A DNA stretch of 64,000 bases from Bacillota bacterium (GCA_009784555.1 WRBO01000005.1:6406-70405); one strand, 5' to 3'. Positions 42,951 through 52,477 are shown, counted from the stretch's first letter. Numbers and translations are program-made. Notes: generated from the letters alone by a model not told the origin.

Positions 42951-43252
42951 AAAATGTCAGTAACCCCCTTTACATATATGAGTTCCATGTTACGTTAGGG
43001 TGCAAAGGCGTCGGCTGCCTACGAGATGCTGTTTTTAGTCTTCTGCGGATACACTGTGGATGTTGCTAACTGTAGGTGTACCAGTCCTCGAAGACGAAAA
43101 ACACATCTCGGGCGCGCCTCGCCACATCCATGTTTTTGGATGAATGAAAATTGAAAACTGAATATCCTGCACACCCTGCGGCCCCTTGGAAAACCCCCCC
43201 CAGTTAAAAACGCAAATTCAATAACCCCCCCCAAGGGAATTTACTGACATTT
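42951..43252 (-). ncRNA. Structured repeat element, copy C (inverted relative to A and B)
   Basis: The reverse complement aligns with 18583-18859. Shared blocks are the twin G8 tracts (C8 on + at 43194-43201 and 43225-43232), TTTTCAATTTTCATTCATCCAAAAACATGGATG, GGCGAGGCGCGCC, TCGAGGACT, TATCCGCAGA, TAGGCAGCCGA(T/C)GCCTTTGCACC and GTAACATGG. It is bracketed by inverted repeats at 42951-42970 and 43233-43253. Confidence 0.5.
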
Positions 43253-43459
43253 TTAGATATCGGTGCGGCCAAAAAGGTAATCGGTTGAAACGCCAAAGAA
43301 ATTGGCGAGTTTGTCGACAGTTTCAAATTTTGGTTGCGTTTCATTTTGTTCGTATCTGGCGATTGCGGCGTGGCTGACACCCACTATCTTCCCTACCTCG
43401 CGTAAGGATAACTTTCTTTCGGTACGTAATTCTCGTAATCGTTCGCCAAATATTTTCAT
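43253..43459 (-). CDS. XRE family HTH transcriptional regulator (68 aa)
   Basis: MKIFGERLRELRTERKLSLREVGKIVGVSHAAIARYEQNETQPKFETVDKLANFFGVSTDYLFG is a classic HTH_3 sequence. The track ORF extends to 43489. Confidence 0.9.
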   Translation of the reverse strand: MKIFGERLRELRTERKLSLREVGKIVGVSHAAIARYEQNETQPKFETVDKLANFFGVSTDYLFGRTDI

Positions 43460-43469
43460 TGTAATATAA

Positions 43470-43524
43470 TTGACAATTACCAGTGTCACGCTTATAGTGA
43501 CAATATGTCATAGAAACTGTGACA
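43470..43524 (+). promoter_or_regulatory. Promoter and operator region of XRE module 2
   Basis: TTGACA (43470-43475), 17 nt, then TATAGT (43493-43498). Inverted repeats built from TGTCA/TGACA half-sites are TGTCAC-N7-GTGACA (43484-43502) and TGTCA-N8-GTGACA (43506-43524). Confidence 0.55.
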
Positions 43525-43538
43525 ACGGAGGGGAGAAA

Positions 43539-43667
43539 ATGGAAGAAGTCATTAGGGAGTTGTTGGAGATTTTGCGTGGCTATATGGAGGATATGGCGAC
43601 CTTGCGAACACGGATGAACGAAACAATCAGGCGTATTGCCGAGTTAGTTGCCGACGAGGGCAAATAA
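43539..43667 (+). CDS. 42-aa helical microprotein, paralogue 2
   Basis: Encodes MEEVIRELLEILRGYMEDMATLRTRMNETIRRIAELVADEGK, with SD GGAGGGGAG. See 39307-39435. Confidence 0.7.
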   Translation: MEEVIRELLEILRGYMEDMATLRTRMNETIRRIAELVADEGK

Positions 43668-43844
43668 CTTTTCGCATACGCGGTACCCGTAATATAGGGC
43701 CGACGAGCTGGAAAAGGGTCCGCGCCGCCGAGGACCAGCGGAAACGGCCTACCCTTTATTGTAACTTTTTGCAGTTGACCACATGGTGGTCTTTCCGCCT
43801 CCACAGGCAAGCGGACCCTTTTCCCGCGAAGGAGGCCCCCCTCT

Positions 43845-44669
43845 CTATTGACGCTCCCCCCTGGCACAGCCGCCTTTGCATTTGACGTCGCACATTTTGT
43901 AACAACCGACTTTGAATTCGCCGCCATTATTGAACTTTACGTTGACCGTTTCCTTTATAACATTGTGGTCTTGGGCGATGCCGCGGCCGTCGGGAGTTTG
44001 AACCTCGGACCCGTAACGCGGCATTTTCTCGGACGTTTCCGCGTAATGATTGTTTTCATAGGCCAAACAACAAAGCAAGCGTCCGCACATCCCGTTGATT
44101 TTTTGCGGGTTCAGAGAGAGCCCCTGGGTCTTTGCCATTTTGATTGTGATGTTTTGACCGCATGTTCCGAAACGAACACAGCAACAAATTTCACCACATG
44201 GGCCCAGGGCCCCGGTCACCTTGACCTCGTCCCGTGCTCCGATTTGTTTTAATTCTATGCGGGCCTTTAGGGTGAATGCAAGGTCGCGCACCAATTCGCG
44301 GAAATCAACACGCTTTTCGGCGGCGAATTGAATGATTATCTTGCCGCCGTCCATTGTGTAATACGCGGACAGGGGTTTCATTTCCAGTTTATGCTTTTCG
44401 ACCTTTTCGTTGGCAATACGCAAGGCACGTTTTGCACCGGCCTTTAGCTCTTTTATAGAATTAAGGTCACGTTCATCCGCCACACGAATAATAAGGTTGT
44501 TTTCACCGTGACGGGATTTGGATTCGATTGGTTCGGAACAAACCTCTCCCCATTCCGCGCCGTTTGGTGACTCCACGATAACAATATCGCCGTTTTTGAC
44601 GGGGATGTCCGTATCATATCGCGCAGGGGCGACGATGCCCGCAATTTTAACATTTACCGTTTTTCGCAT
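43845..44669 (-). CDS. PSP1 domain protein (YaaT/RicT-like)
   Basis: The start MRKTVNVKIAGIV overlaps the holB stop (TAATG). The PSP1 C-terminal pattern is present, with Cys clusters GPCGEICCCVRF and MCGRLLCCLAYE. The ORF is open to 44867. Confidence 0.85.
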   Translation of the reverse strand: MRKTVNVKIAGIVAPARYDTDIPVKNGDIVIVESPNGAEWGEVCSEPIESKSRHGENNLIIRVADERDLNSIKELKAGAKRALRIANEKVEKHKLEMKPLSAYYTMDGGKIIIQFAAEKRVDFRELVRDLAFTLKARIELKQIGARDEVKVTGALGPCGEICCCVRFGTCGQNITIKMAKTQGLSLNPQKINGMCGRLLCCLAYENNHYAETSEKMPRYGSEVQTPDGRGIAQDHNVIKETVNVKFNNGGEFKVGCYKMCDVKCKGGCARGERQ

Positions 44670-45292
44670 TATTTGAATAACTCCATTAACAAGAGGTCGG
44701 CCGCGTTGGAAGCGTTGCAGTTTGCCGCAACGTTTCGGTGGATTTCCGCCATTACCCTTATGATAGCATGTGTGCGAGGACAACGCAACGGTAACAGAGA
44801 TGCCGCGGCATCCACAGCCACGAGGTTTACGGGCAGGAATTTCAACGCCGCGTCCAAGGTTTTGCATTCAAGAAGTTTTTTCGCGCGTTCCAGTTCGTCG
44901 GGATTTATTTCGGAGGTGTTGGTTGATTGGATGTAGAGTTTGACACAACGGCTCTTGATAGTTGGGAGGATTTTGTACTCGTCGGTGGCGAGGAGCAGGA
45001 ATATCGTGTCGTGGCGAGGTTCCTCTATTGTCTTTAACATTTTGTTTTGCGCCACGGCCGTCATTGTCGAGGTGTCAGAAATTATCAACAGCTTTTTGCC
45101 GCCCACCGCACCCAATTGAACTTTGTCCAGAAATGTTGCGATGTCCGCGACCATGATAGATTTTTCACCCTCGCGCGGTTTTAGCCAAAATACGTCCGCG
45201 GGGTTAAATTGGCGGGCGTGGGTTTGGGCCGTTGCTTCTAGCGTTGCGAGGTTTGGGCAAAAGAGCAGGTAGGACTGGCTTGTTAAATTCAC
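44669..45292 (-). CDS. holB: DNA polymerase III delta-prime subunit-like
   Basis: Contains AQNKMLKTIEEPRHDTIFLLLA and ILPTIKSRC, which are clamp-loader delta-prime motifs. The form is short and has no Walker A. Confidence 0.75.
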   Translation of the reverse strand: MNLTSQSYLLFCPNLATLEATAQTHARQFNPADVFWLKPREGEKSIMVADIATFLDKVQLGAVGGKKLLIISDTSTMTAVAQNKMLKTIEEPRHDTIFLLLATDEYKILPTIKSRCVKLYIQSTNTSEINPDELERAKKLLECKTLDAALKFLPVNLVAVDAAASLLPLRCPRTHAIIRVMAEIHRNVAANCNASNAADLLLMELFK

Positions 45293-45314
45293 GTATTAAT
45301 GATACCATGAATAT

Positions 45315-45869
45315 GTGAAACAAATCAAAAAGAACACGGGCAAGAAACAAGCCGTCATTATAATGAATGGCCGTGCGGGTGTTGGCAAGGACACGTTGAT
45401 GGATTTTGCCAAGAATTATTATTCCGTGCGAAATTTGAGCAGTGTGTTACGAATTAAAGAGGCGGCGATTGTTGCGGGTTGGGATGGCGAGTATGACAAT
45501 CGTGGGCGGCAGTTATTGGCCGATTTGAAGCAAGCCATGATTAAATATGATTCGTTGTCCATTACCAATTTTATTGTCGAGGAATATAACAAGTTTCGGT
45601 CGGTCGAGCAGGACGTTATGTTTATTCACATTCGTGAAGCCATAGAGATTGAAAAGTTAAAGCGCGCAATTCCAAGTGCGCGCAGTGTCTTTATCAAACG
45701 AGATACAGGTTTCGAGGGAAGTGTTGATACCAGCGAGGATACGGCATTAGAACACAAGTATGATTTTGTCTTTGATAATTCCGCACCGATTGAAAAGAGC
45801 GGTAAGGCATTTGTTAAGTTGATTGAGGAAATTAGGAACGCGGGGGTTGAGTTACCTCTTCTGAAATAA
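45315..45869 (+). CDS. P-loop NTPase / small kinase-like protein
   Basis: Walker A NGRAGVGKDT near the N-terminus. The 184 aa length is dNMP-kinase-like. The specific function is not supported. Confidence 0.5.
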   Translation: MKQIKKNTGKKQAVIIMNGRAGVGKDTLMDFAKNYYSVRNLSSVLRIKEAAIVAGWDGEYDNRGRQLLADLKQAMIKYDSLSITNFIVEEYNKFRSVEQDVMFIHIREAIEIEKLKRAIPSARSVFIKRDTGFEGSVDTSEDTALEHKYDFVFDNSAPIEKSGKAFVKLIEEIRNAGVELPLLK

Positions 45870-46332
45870 AATAGAAGCTATCCCTGTATGGGCATTGGGT
45901 GCAGGCGTTAAGTCCGTCGGTGTCGTAGTTACAGAGTTTGCGCAGGAGTTGGTCGACCTCTCGCGCGGCCGCCGTTTGAATCATTGGCGGGGGTGTTGGT
46001 TCGGGTGTTTTTTGTTCGCCAGTTTTTAGTTCGCCGTTCGAGTTGATTATTCCGCTGCAGAGAAGTTCGATATCCGAGTCTCGCCTGCGCATGATTGACG
46101 CGAAGACTTCGCCTTCCAGGTCAATATTATCATCGAACCAAAATTCCGATTTATTATCCAAGTCGAAGAGTTTATTTATTCCGCCGTAATCAAATGAGAG
46201 CAGCAGGCCGCCGCCATCAAAGTTATGGCCGATGGTCATGGCTATGCGTTCGTGTTCAGTTCGCAGGCGCACGTAACCCATGACCGCACCACCGCGGTCG
46301 TACATAATCAAGTTTTTTATTGTTAAATCCAC
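45832..46332 (-). CDS. Hypothetical protein
   Basis: 166 aa ORF with no motif recognised. Its 3' end overlaps the convergent 45315 gene by 38 nt. Confidence 0.4.
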   Translation of the reverse strand: MDLTIKNLIMYDRGGAVMGYVRLRTEHERIAMTIGHNFDGGGLLLSFDYGGINKLFDLDNKSEFWFDDNIDLEGEVFASIMRRRDSDIELLCSGIINSNGELKTGEQKTPEPTPPPMIQTAAAREVDQLLRKLCNYDTDGLNACTQCPYRDSFYFISEEVTQPPRS

Positions 46333-46356
46333 ATTTTCAAATTAAATGAATTTGAA

Positions 46357-47172
46357 TTACAAAAGACCGCGTATTTGGTCGAATAAATCAATGTATTGAC
46401 GAACGGTTATATTCTCGGGGCGAAGGGTCGCGTCTATGCCGCATTTATGCAGGAGTTCGGCCGTAACCTCTTTTGATAATTTCAAGCCCGATACGGCGTT
46501 CAGCATTGTTTTGCGGCGGGACATAAATATGCCTTTTAACATTTTGCCGAAGCCGTCCCAATCCAGTTCCCTGTCCGTGTGGCGGGTGATTTGGACGAAG
46601 GCAGAGTCCACGTTTGGTTGCGGGATGAAGATACTGCGCGGAACACGGCGAGTTATTTTGCAGTCGCCCCAGGCCTGCATCCCTATTGATAGTGCGCCGT
46701 AGTCGTTGCTGCCTGGCCCTGCGATTATTCTTTTGGCGACCTCTTCTTGGACCAGGACATTTATTTGGCGGCAGTTTGGGTCGTGGGCGAATTTGAACAG
46801 GAGGGGTGTTGTGATGTAGTATGGGACGTTTGCGGTGACTTTGTACTCGCCCGTGATGTGTTCGGATATGTCGGCGCGCAGGCCGTCTTGGAATACCACC
46901 TTTACGTTATCAAGTTCGCGGAATTGTTCGTCGAGGATTTCCTCTAGCCGTGTATCAATTTCATAGACCAAGACATTTCCCGCGACACGAGATAGTGCGC
47001 GGGTAAAGGTGCCCGCCCCCGCCCCGACCTCTACTACATTGTCAGAGGTTGAAAGGCCAAGGTCGCGCACGACCCCGTCGAGATATGTTTCGTCCAATAT
47101 AAAGTTTTGGCCGAGGCCCTTTTTGAATTCAAAGCCCAGTTGGCGCAGACGGTCGAGGAGTTTCATAATCAA
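46357..47172 (-). CDS. rsmA: 16S rRNA (adenine1518/1519-N6)-dimethyltransferase
   Basis: Contains KKGLGQNFILDE and the SAM motif VVEVGAGAGTFT. Size is 271 aa. Confidence 0.9.
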   Translation of the reverse strand: MIMKLLDRLRQLGFEFKKGLGQNFILDETYLDGVVRDLGLSTSDNVVEVGAGAGTFTRALSRVAGNVLVYEIDTRLEEILDEQFRELDNVKVVFQDGLRADISEHITGEYKVTANVPYYITTPLLFKFAHDPNCRQINVLVQEEVAKRIIAGPGSNDYGALSIGMQAWGDCKITRRVPRSIFIPQPNVDSAFVQITRHTDRELDWDGFGKMLKGIFMSRRKTMLNAVSGLKLSKEVTAELLHKCGIDATLRPENITVRQYIDLFDQIRGLL

Positions 47173-47313
47173 TTATACCATGCCCCATAAAAATTCAAAA
47201 GGTTCCCGTAGGAACCTCTTATCTTCTGTGTTTCCGCACCTGTTTTTCATTTGTACGGTCTTTAGCATTCGCAATGCGAAGCTACTTTATACTATTCAAT
47301 TCGACAACTTTTG

Positions 47314-47715
47314 TCAAGGTTTTTTCGGAGATTTCTTTTGGGGTGTTACCAGGTCGTAGCTTATTTTAATCATTTTTTTGACTTCCTCGTTTGGGACGTC
47401 TTTGTTTAGGATGATTGTGTTCCAGTGGCTCTTGTTGCTGTAGTATCCTGGGACGACCGCCGTATACTCATCGCGGAGGACATATATCAATTCGGGTGGG
47501 CATTTTAGGGTGATATTGGTATCTCCCAAGGCAACGGGTGCGCCCGCGTCGGCGTTTAGTTTGATAAAGTTTTTATCAGCCGTTGATAGAATTCCGATGA
47601 GGGCGAAACTCTTGCCCAGTTTATTTTTGGCAACATCGACGTCGGGGCCGTATGGGTTGTCGATAAAGCTGTCGGGCATTGTTAGGCATTCGGCGATTAG
47701 TTGTTCTTTTGTCAT
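47314..47715 (-). CDS. MmcQ/YjbR family DNA-binding protein
   Basis: 133 aa with LTMPDSFIDNPYGPDVDVAKNKLGKSFALIG...HWNTIIL, a typical YjbR pattern. Confidence 0.65.
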   Translation of the reverse strand: MTKEQLIAECLTMPDSFIDNPYGPDVDVAKNKLGKSFALIGILSTADKNFIKLNADAGAPVALGDTNITLKCPPELIYVLRDEYTAVVPGYYSNKSHWNTIILNKDVPNEEVKKMIKISYDLVTPQKKSPKKP

Positions 47716-47724
47716 TTTGTCCCC

Positions 47725-48108
47725 CTAGACCATTAAACACCATCGCAGGCCGAATTTGTCAACCAAATCACATGTGTGGTCGGTGTGTTCAGCCCGTCCG
47801 AGGGGATACAGGATTTGTGCCCCCACGCGCAGGATGTTATAGGCCTTTTCAAGTTTTGCGATGTCGCCCTCTTTATACAACAGACATATTTGCATGGTGT
47901 TACCCGAGTTGGTTTCACCCTCTATGGCCCATTTACCCTCTCGCGCACCCAATGCGAACCGCACGCCGTTATTCAAGATAAGTTCATAAAAGCCATATGT
48001 TCCGTCAGCATTTTTCCATTTGTCGTCCAAGTGTGCCTCGAACGCCGATTTGTAGAATTCCAGTGCCTGGTCAAAGCCTTCTACATATGTACATACAAGT
48101 AAATTCAT
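47725..48108 (-). CDS. VOC (glyoxalase/PhnB-like) family protein
   Basis: The start MNLLVCTYVEGFDQALEFYKSAF is preceded by GGGAGG. The C-terminus reads DKFGLRWCLMV. The ORF is open to 48180. Confidence 0.6.
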   Translation of the reverse strand: MNLLVCTYVEGFDQALEFYKSAFEAHLDDKWKNADGTYGFYELILNNGVRFALGAREGKWAIEGETNSGNTMQICLLYKEGDIAKLEKAYNILRVGAQILYPLGRAEHTDHTCDLVDKFGLRWCLMV

Positions 48109-48176
48109 ATTTTGTCCTCCCTTTTTCATATTAGCCATCATAGCCAAAATCCAAGGTAGCACATTGTAAAAATTCG

Positions 48177-48944
48177 TCATTTATATAGTTTTATCAATTC
48201 GTTTGGTGTAATTCCGATGTGTTTTTTGAAGTCTTTTATAAAATGTGCCTGGTCGTAATAGTTGCTTTTTTCCATTGCATTACCTGGATTTTCCAAACAT
48301 TTTTGAAAGCGCAGGATGTTTAGAACTACCTGGGGTGTTAGGCCAAAGTTCCTGTCGAAATGTCTTTGGCATTGTTTTGGACTGTAACCCATTCGGGTAT
48401 ATAGTTCGCAGGCGGTATCGGGCAGGTCATCATATAGTTCATCGAACAACCGTGTATATTGATTGGGGGTTTTGTTTTGGCAAAGTCGTTCGATTAATTC
48501 AGTAAACAGTTGTTTGGTCTTTGTTTGGTTAGATTCAAAAAATTCCTTTTTATTGAAATTTTTATCTGCCCGTGACAATGGAAGAAATTTATCCATCGCC
48601 ATACTTGCATCCAAGCCCGTGATAGCGTGAAAAGCACCCGGCTTTAGCCGCGCGCCCATATAGCGTGATGGAGTTTTAATTTTGTCATCGAACAAAGTTT
48701 TACCGAACCCCGCGAACCCAATTTCCCCATATTTGAAATCAGCCACCAAGTCGATGCAGCCGTCAGTTACGATTACATTTGTTACCGTGTTTCGTTCGTC
48801 CATTTTTGGTATCATTTCCCAGATGCAAATCACAAAGTCGGAGAGAGATGGCAAAGTTTCCTCGGTATAATTGATTAGCCGAGAGAATTCTTTGTTCAGT
48901 TTATATGGAATTTGAGTTGGATAGTACATAGGTGATTTTAACAT
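48177..48944 (-). CDS. AraC/XylS family transcriptional regulator
   Basis: C-terminal double HTH (YTRMGYSPKQCQRHFDRNFGLTPQVVLNILRFQ...YYDQAHFIKDFKKHIGITPNE). The start MLKSPMYY overlaps the tatD stop (TAATG). Confidence 0.8.
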   Translation of the reverse strand: MLKSPMYYPTQIPYKLNKEFSRLINYTEETLPSLSDFVICIWEMIPKMDERNTVTNVIVTDGCIDLVADFKYGEIGFAGFGKTLFDDKIKTPSRYMGARLKPGAFHAITGLDASMAMDKFLPLSRADKNFNKKEFFESNQTKTKQLFTELIERLCQNKTPNQYTRLFDELYDDLPDTACELYTRMGYSPKQCQRHFDRNFGLTPQVVLNILRFQKCLENPGNAMEKSNYYDQAHFIKDFKKHIGITPNELIKLYK

Positions 48945-49780
48945 TAAATTATATGGAAGAATCGCTTTGTATTGGATAGGGTTAATACCGCAATTTCGAG
49001 TTCGGTTTTGTCGAGCAGTTTGGCGACGTGTTGGGCGACCAGACGGACGTTGCGCGGTTGGTTGATTTGTCCACGGCATGGTACGGGTGAAAGGTACGGG
49101 CAATCGGTTTCAAGTAGTATTCGGTCGTGCGGAACAATTTTCAATGCATCGACCAGACATTGTGTTTTTTTGCCAAAGGTCAATGCCCCGCCGAATGCGA
49201 AGTAGGCATCAAATTCCGCGGTTAGTTTTTCGGCCTCGAGTGCGCCATAGCCGAAGCAGTGAAAAAGCACGCCGTTTTGCAAAAGACTTTTATTTTCGAG
49301 CAGGATGTTGAATGTGTCGTCGAAGGCCTCGCGGCTATGTACCACCAGAGGCAGTTTCAGTTCGTGAGCCAGTCGTATTTGCCGTGCGAAGACATCGCGT
49401 TGTACGTCGCGGGGGCTGTGATCATAATGGTAGTCCAAGCCACATTCCCCAACCGCCACGATTTTTTTGTGGCCCGCGATGTGGCGTGCCCATTCCTCGA
49501 AACCCATTTCAATATCGTCTTCCATGGTTGAGAGGCCGTAGCCAGTTACACGGGTTTCGTAATCCCGTGCCTCGTGCGGGTGGACACCGATTGTACAATA
49601 TACGTTGTCATATTTAGCGGCCAGTTGAAGCGCCCGCTTTGAGTCGATGAAACATGTTCCCGCCTCTACCACGAAGGCGATGCCCTCGGCATCAAAACCA
49701 CGTACGGTTTCATCAATACATTCCAACAAACGTGCATCCAGTAGATGCACGTGACTGTCGGCTAACAATACTTTGCTCAT
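48944..49780 (-). CDS. tatD: TatD family metal-dependent hydrolase
   Basis: Contains LADSHVHL, VAVGECGLDYHY, LPLVVHSREA and LETDCPYL. Confidence 0.9.
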   Translation of the reverse strand: MSKVLLADSHVHLLDARLLECIDETVRGFDAEGIAFVVEAGTCFIDSKRALQLAAKYDNVYCTIGVHPHEARDYETRVTGYGLSTMEDDIEMGFEEWARHIAGHKKIVAVGECGLDYHYDHSPRDVQRDVFARQIRLAHELKLPLVVHSREAFDDTFNILLENKSLLQNGVLFHCFGYGALEAEKLTAEFDAYFAFGGALTFGKKTQCLVDALKIVPHDRILLETDCPYLSPVPCRGQINQPRNVRLVAQHVAKLLDKTELEIAVLTLSNTKRFFHII

Positions 49781-49791
49781 ATTTTAGTAGT

Positions 49792-50265
49792 CTAGTCTAC
49801 TCTGCTGATTTTGACAATTTTATATTTCAGTTTTCCAGTTGGAACTTTGATTTCGACTACATCGCCCACTTTTTTGCCCAGCAGTGCGCTGCCGATTGGG
49901 CTCTTGTTACTTACCCAGCCTTTTTCGATACATGTTTCAAGTATGCCGGTGATGACAAACTCGGCCTTGATAGAGGTGCCCACGCCCTCGACGTTGACAC
50001 GTGTTCCAACATTGACCGACCCAATGTCGGCTTTTTGAAATGAAAAGACTTTGATATTTGGCATCATTGTCTCGATAGATGCGATTTCGGTTTCGAGGAG
50101 ATTCTGGGCCTCTCGCGCGGCGTCGTATTCGGCGTTTTCCTTTAGGTCGCCAAATTCCCGCGCAACCTTGATTTGGTCGGCAATTCCCGCACGTTTCCCG
50201 ATAAGTTCGACGTGGCGTTCTTCCAATGCCTTTTTGCCCTGTGCCGTTGCGTACACTATTTCCAT
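49792..50265 (-). CDS. greA: Transcription elongation factor GreA
   Basis: 157 aa with an N-terminal coiled coil (REFGDLKENAEYDAAREAQ) and a C-terminal FKBP-like domain (SNKSPIGSALLGKKVGDVVEIKVP). Confidence 0.9.
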   Translation of the reverse strand: MEIVYATAQGKKALEERHVELIGKRAGIADQIKVAREFGDLKENAEYDAAREAQNLLETEIASIETMMPNIKVFSFQKADIGSVNVGTRVNVEGVGTSIKAEFVITGILETCIEKGWVSNKSPIGSALLGKKVGDVVEIKVPTGKLKYKIVKISRVD

Positions 50266-50394
50266 AAATCCACCTCCCTGGGTCTTGTTCCCCTGTTACC
50301 AGTTTGACTGGTTCCAGTCTACTGTCTTCTCGCTATTCTGTCAATACATAGGTTCTAGGACATATATGCATATATCGCGATAAGACGTTCGGTT

Positions 50395-50422
50395 ATTATA
50401 CACCCATAATATTCTTTGTCAA
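50395..50422 (-). promoter_or_regulatory. Sigma70-like greA promoter
   Basis: Minus strand reads TTGACA (50422-50417), 16 nt, then TATAAT (50400-50395). A second candidate, TTGACA-17-TAGACT, lies about 60 nt downstream. Confidence 0.55.
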
Positions 50423-50452
50423 CACAAAAAGTGATAGGAAGTTTTGATGCAA

Positions 50453-50477
50453 GAAAAAACACCCCAGGGTGTTTTTT
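50453..50477 (-). terminator. Intrinsic terminator after the DUF378 gene
   Basis: The hairpin ACACCC-ca-GGGTGT is flanked by A6 and T6 runs, so it is bidirectional in form. Confidence 0.6.
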
Positions 50478-50482
50478 GGATG

Positions 50483-50719
50483 TTAGGCAGCACTTGGTTC
50501 TTGTTTGAAGGCCCGAACCAAGATAATTGTTAGGAGTGTTACCGCGGCCGCGCCGACGAGACTGTAGATAACCCTGCTGGCTACGCTGTCTGCGCCGCCG
50601 AAGATTCCCCCGACCAGGTCGAAGTCAAACAGTCCCATAAAAAGCATGTTTAATCCGCCAAGCAAAAGTAATCCAAACGAAATGAATTTTACCCATTTAA
50701 TGACCGCGGCACGTTCCAT
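50483..50719 (-). CDS. DUF378 family small membrane protein
   Basis: 78 aa with two TM segments and the pattern LLLLGGLNMLFMGLFDFDLVGGIFGG. Confidence 0.7.
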   Translation of the reverse strand: MERAAVIKWVKFISFGLLLLGGLNMLFMGLFDFDLVGGIFGGADSVASRVIYSLVGAAAVTLLTIILVRAFKQEPSAA

Positions 50720-50784
50720 AATTTCCTCCGTAATAATTGATGTGATTACTTTGTGTAAATTGGAAAGTATTATACATTAGTAGC

Positions 50785-51732
50785 ATGAGCAAAAAAATAT
50801 GTATCTTGGGGTCGGGCGGTGATGCGCCAGGAATGAATGCGTGCGTGGAATCCGTTTATCGTGAGGGGAAAAAACGCGGGTGGACAGTAGTTGGATGTAT
50901 GTCCGGTTATGATGGATTGGTATTGGAGCGATTTGTACAATTAAACGATGCGGCCGTCACAAACATTGGGTCAAAGACGGGTTGTGTATTAAAGGCGGGA
51001 CGCAGTGAGGTATTTATGACCGATGAGGGATTAAAGCGTGCCATTGATAATGTAAAGAAGCATGGATTTGCGGCGGTGATTGTTTTAGGGGGTAACGGCA
51101 GTTTGAAAGGTGCGTGGGACCGATTACATGTAAACGGTGTTCCCGTTGTGGGGGTGCCATGTACCATTGATAACGATGTGTTCTTTACCAATAACAGTTT
51201 AGGATTTTCATCAGCGGCCGAAGAGTCGGTGCGGTTGGTGGATAACCTGAATGGAACTATGATGACCAATGACCGCGACCATGTGGTTCAGTTAATGGGG
51301 CGTAATTGTGAGAAGTTGGCAGATTTAGTTGGTGTTGCGACCTTTGCCGATATAATTGATGTCGAGCATGACAGGCACACGGCCGTACAAGTTGCAACAA
51401 TATTCGACCAAAACCGTAAACGTGGCCAAACATCCAATATAATGATAATGCAAGAAAAGAAATCCACCGACGTTATTACCGAGGCCATGGACACCGTCAA
51501 ATTCCAAGCAGAGTTGTCAAACGCGTTGGGAAGTTCACGCATCAGGATGACGACATTAGGTCATTTGCAACGGGGGGCCGCCCCGTCCGCACGTGACCGA
51601 TGGTTAGGTGCGATGTACGGCAAAAAAGTAGTTGAACAGATTGAAGCGAACCAGTTAGGTGTGGCAGTTGGATTGGTTGGTGAATATTTTATTGCACACC
51701 CAATTGAAAAAGTCGGCAAAAACAAACGTTAA
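50785..51732 (+). CDS. pfkA: ATP-dependent 6-phosphofructokinase
   Basis: Contains ILGSGGDAPGMNA, IVLGGNGSLKGA, VPCTIDNDV and LGHLQRGG. Confidence 0.9.
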   Translation: MSKKICILGSGGDAPGMNACVESVYREGKKRGWTVVGCMSGYDGLVLERFVQLNDAAVTNIGSKTGCVLKAGRSEVFMTDEGLKRAIDNVKKHGFAAVIVLGGNGSLKGAWDRLHVNGVPVVGVPCTIDNDVFFTNNSLGFSSAAEESVRLVDNLNGTMMTNDRDHVVQLMGRNCEKLADLVGVATFADIIDVEHDRHTAVQVATIFDQNRKRGQTSNIMIMQEKKSTDVITEAMDTVKFQAELSNALGSSRIRMTTLGHLQRGAAPSARDRWLGAMYGKKVVEQIEANQLGVAVGLVGEYFIAHPIEKVGKNKR

Positions 51733-51841
51733 GCATCAATATAATTTCTTCAATATGGTCAAAAGGCTTGCCCTTTTGTGCATTTTGCACTATCCTTTGT
51801 ACTAACCCAAAAATAAAAAGGGAAAGGAGGAAACAAAAAAG

Positions 51842-52477
51842 ATGAAGAAATTTGGAAAACTTCGTAGTGCTGCCCTGGTTGTGATGGTCCTGACATTAGG
51901 TATCATTATGACAGGTTGCGGCGTAAGCCGAAGTGGGAACTGGAGCACGTTGCAACTGCGGGGTGAGAGTGTGAGTCAAGATAACGTCAGCACAACAGTT
52001 ACACACAACTTCCATTTCGCACACCGTGGAAACACATGGGGACAAAACCGTGAGACAAACATGATTGCATTGCGCCGTGATGTTCGCACAACCCTGAACG
52101 ACGAGACAACAACATTTACACTGACCCAACTTGTACTGAACTTTGACCACATTGTCCAAATGAACCTTTTGCCACACCGCGCCGATGACTTTACTGGAAC
52201 AATCCGTTTCCGTAATGGGACTGGTGAAAATGACACATGGAACTCACTAGGAGCTTCGGGAACAGGGTCAATCGTTGTTCAAACGAACAACGCAAGCCAA
52301 CGCACACACAGTCGCATGTCTATAACCCAAGGCCAAGCCCTTCGCACAGTGAACGCAGACCAGCCACTGACCATTGACTTCTACTACCGTTTGTCGACCG
52401 ACCCATTGGCAACAGCCGAGGGTTTCACACCACGTCACTTCTCGTTCACATTTGAATTGCCACGTGGAAACTTCTAA
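51842..52477 (+). CDS. Lipoprotein, function unknown
   Basis: SD GGAAAGGAGG. Signal peptide with lipobox LGIIMTGC. Confidence 0.65.
   Translation: MKKFGKLRSAALVVMVLTLGIIMTGCGVSRSGNWSTLQLRGESVSQDNVSTTVTHNFHFAHRGNTWGQNRETNMIALRRDVRTTLNDETTTFTLTQLVLNFDHIVQMNLLPHRADDFTGTIRFRNGTGENDTWNSLGASGTGSIVVQTNNASQRTHSRMSITQGQALRTVNADQPLTIDFYYRLSTDPLATAEGFTPRHFSFTFELPRGNF

Noticed and set aside
43580-43927. 115-aa minus-strand ORF and the N-terminal extension of the PSP1 ORF (to 44867)
   Set aside because: The first overlaps the microprotein gene and a GC-rich intergenic region and has an Arg/Pro/Gly-biased translation. The PSP1 extension is the out-of-frame 3' end of holB, and the PSP1 start at 44669 gives the usual TAATG coupling.
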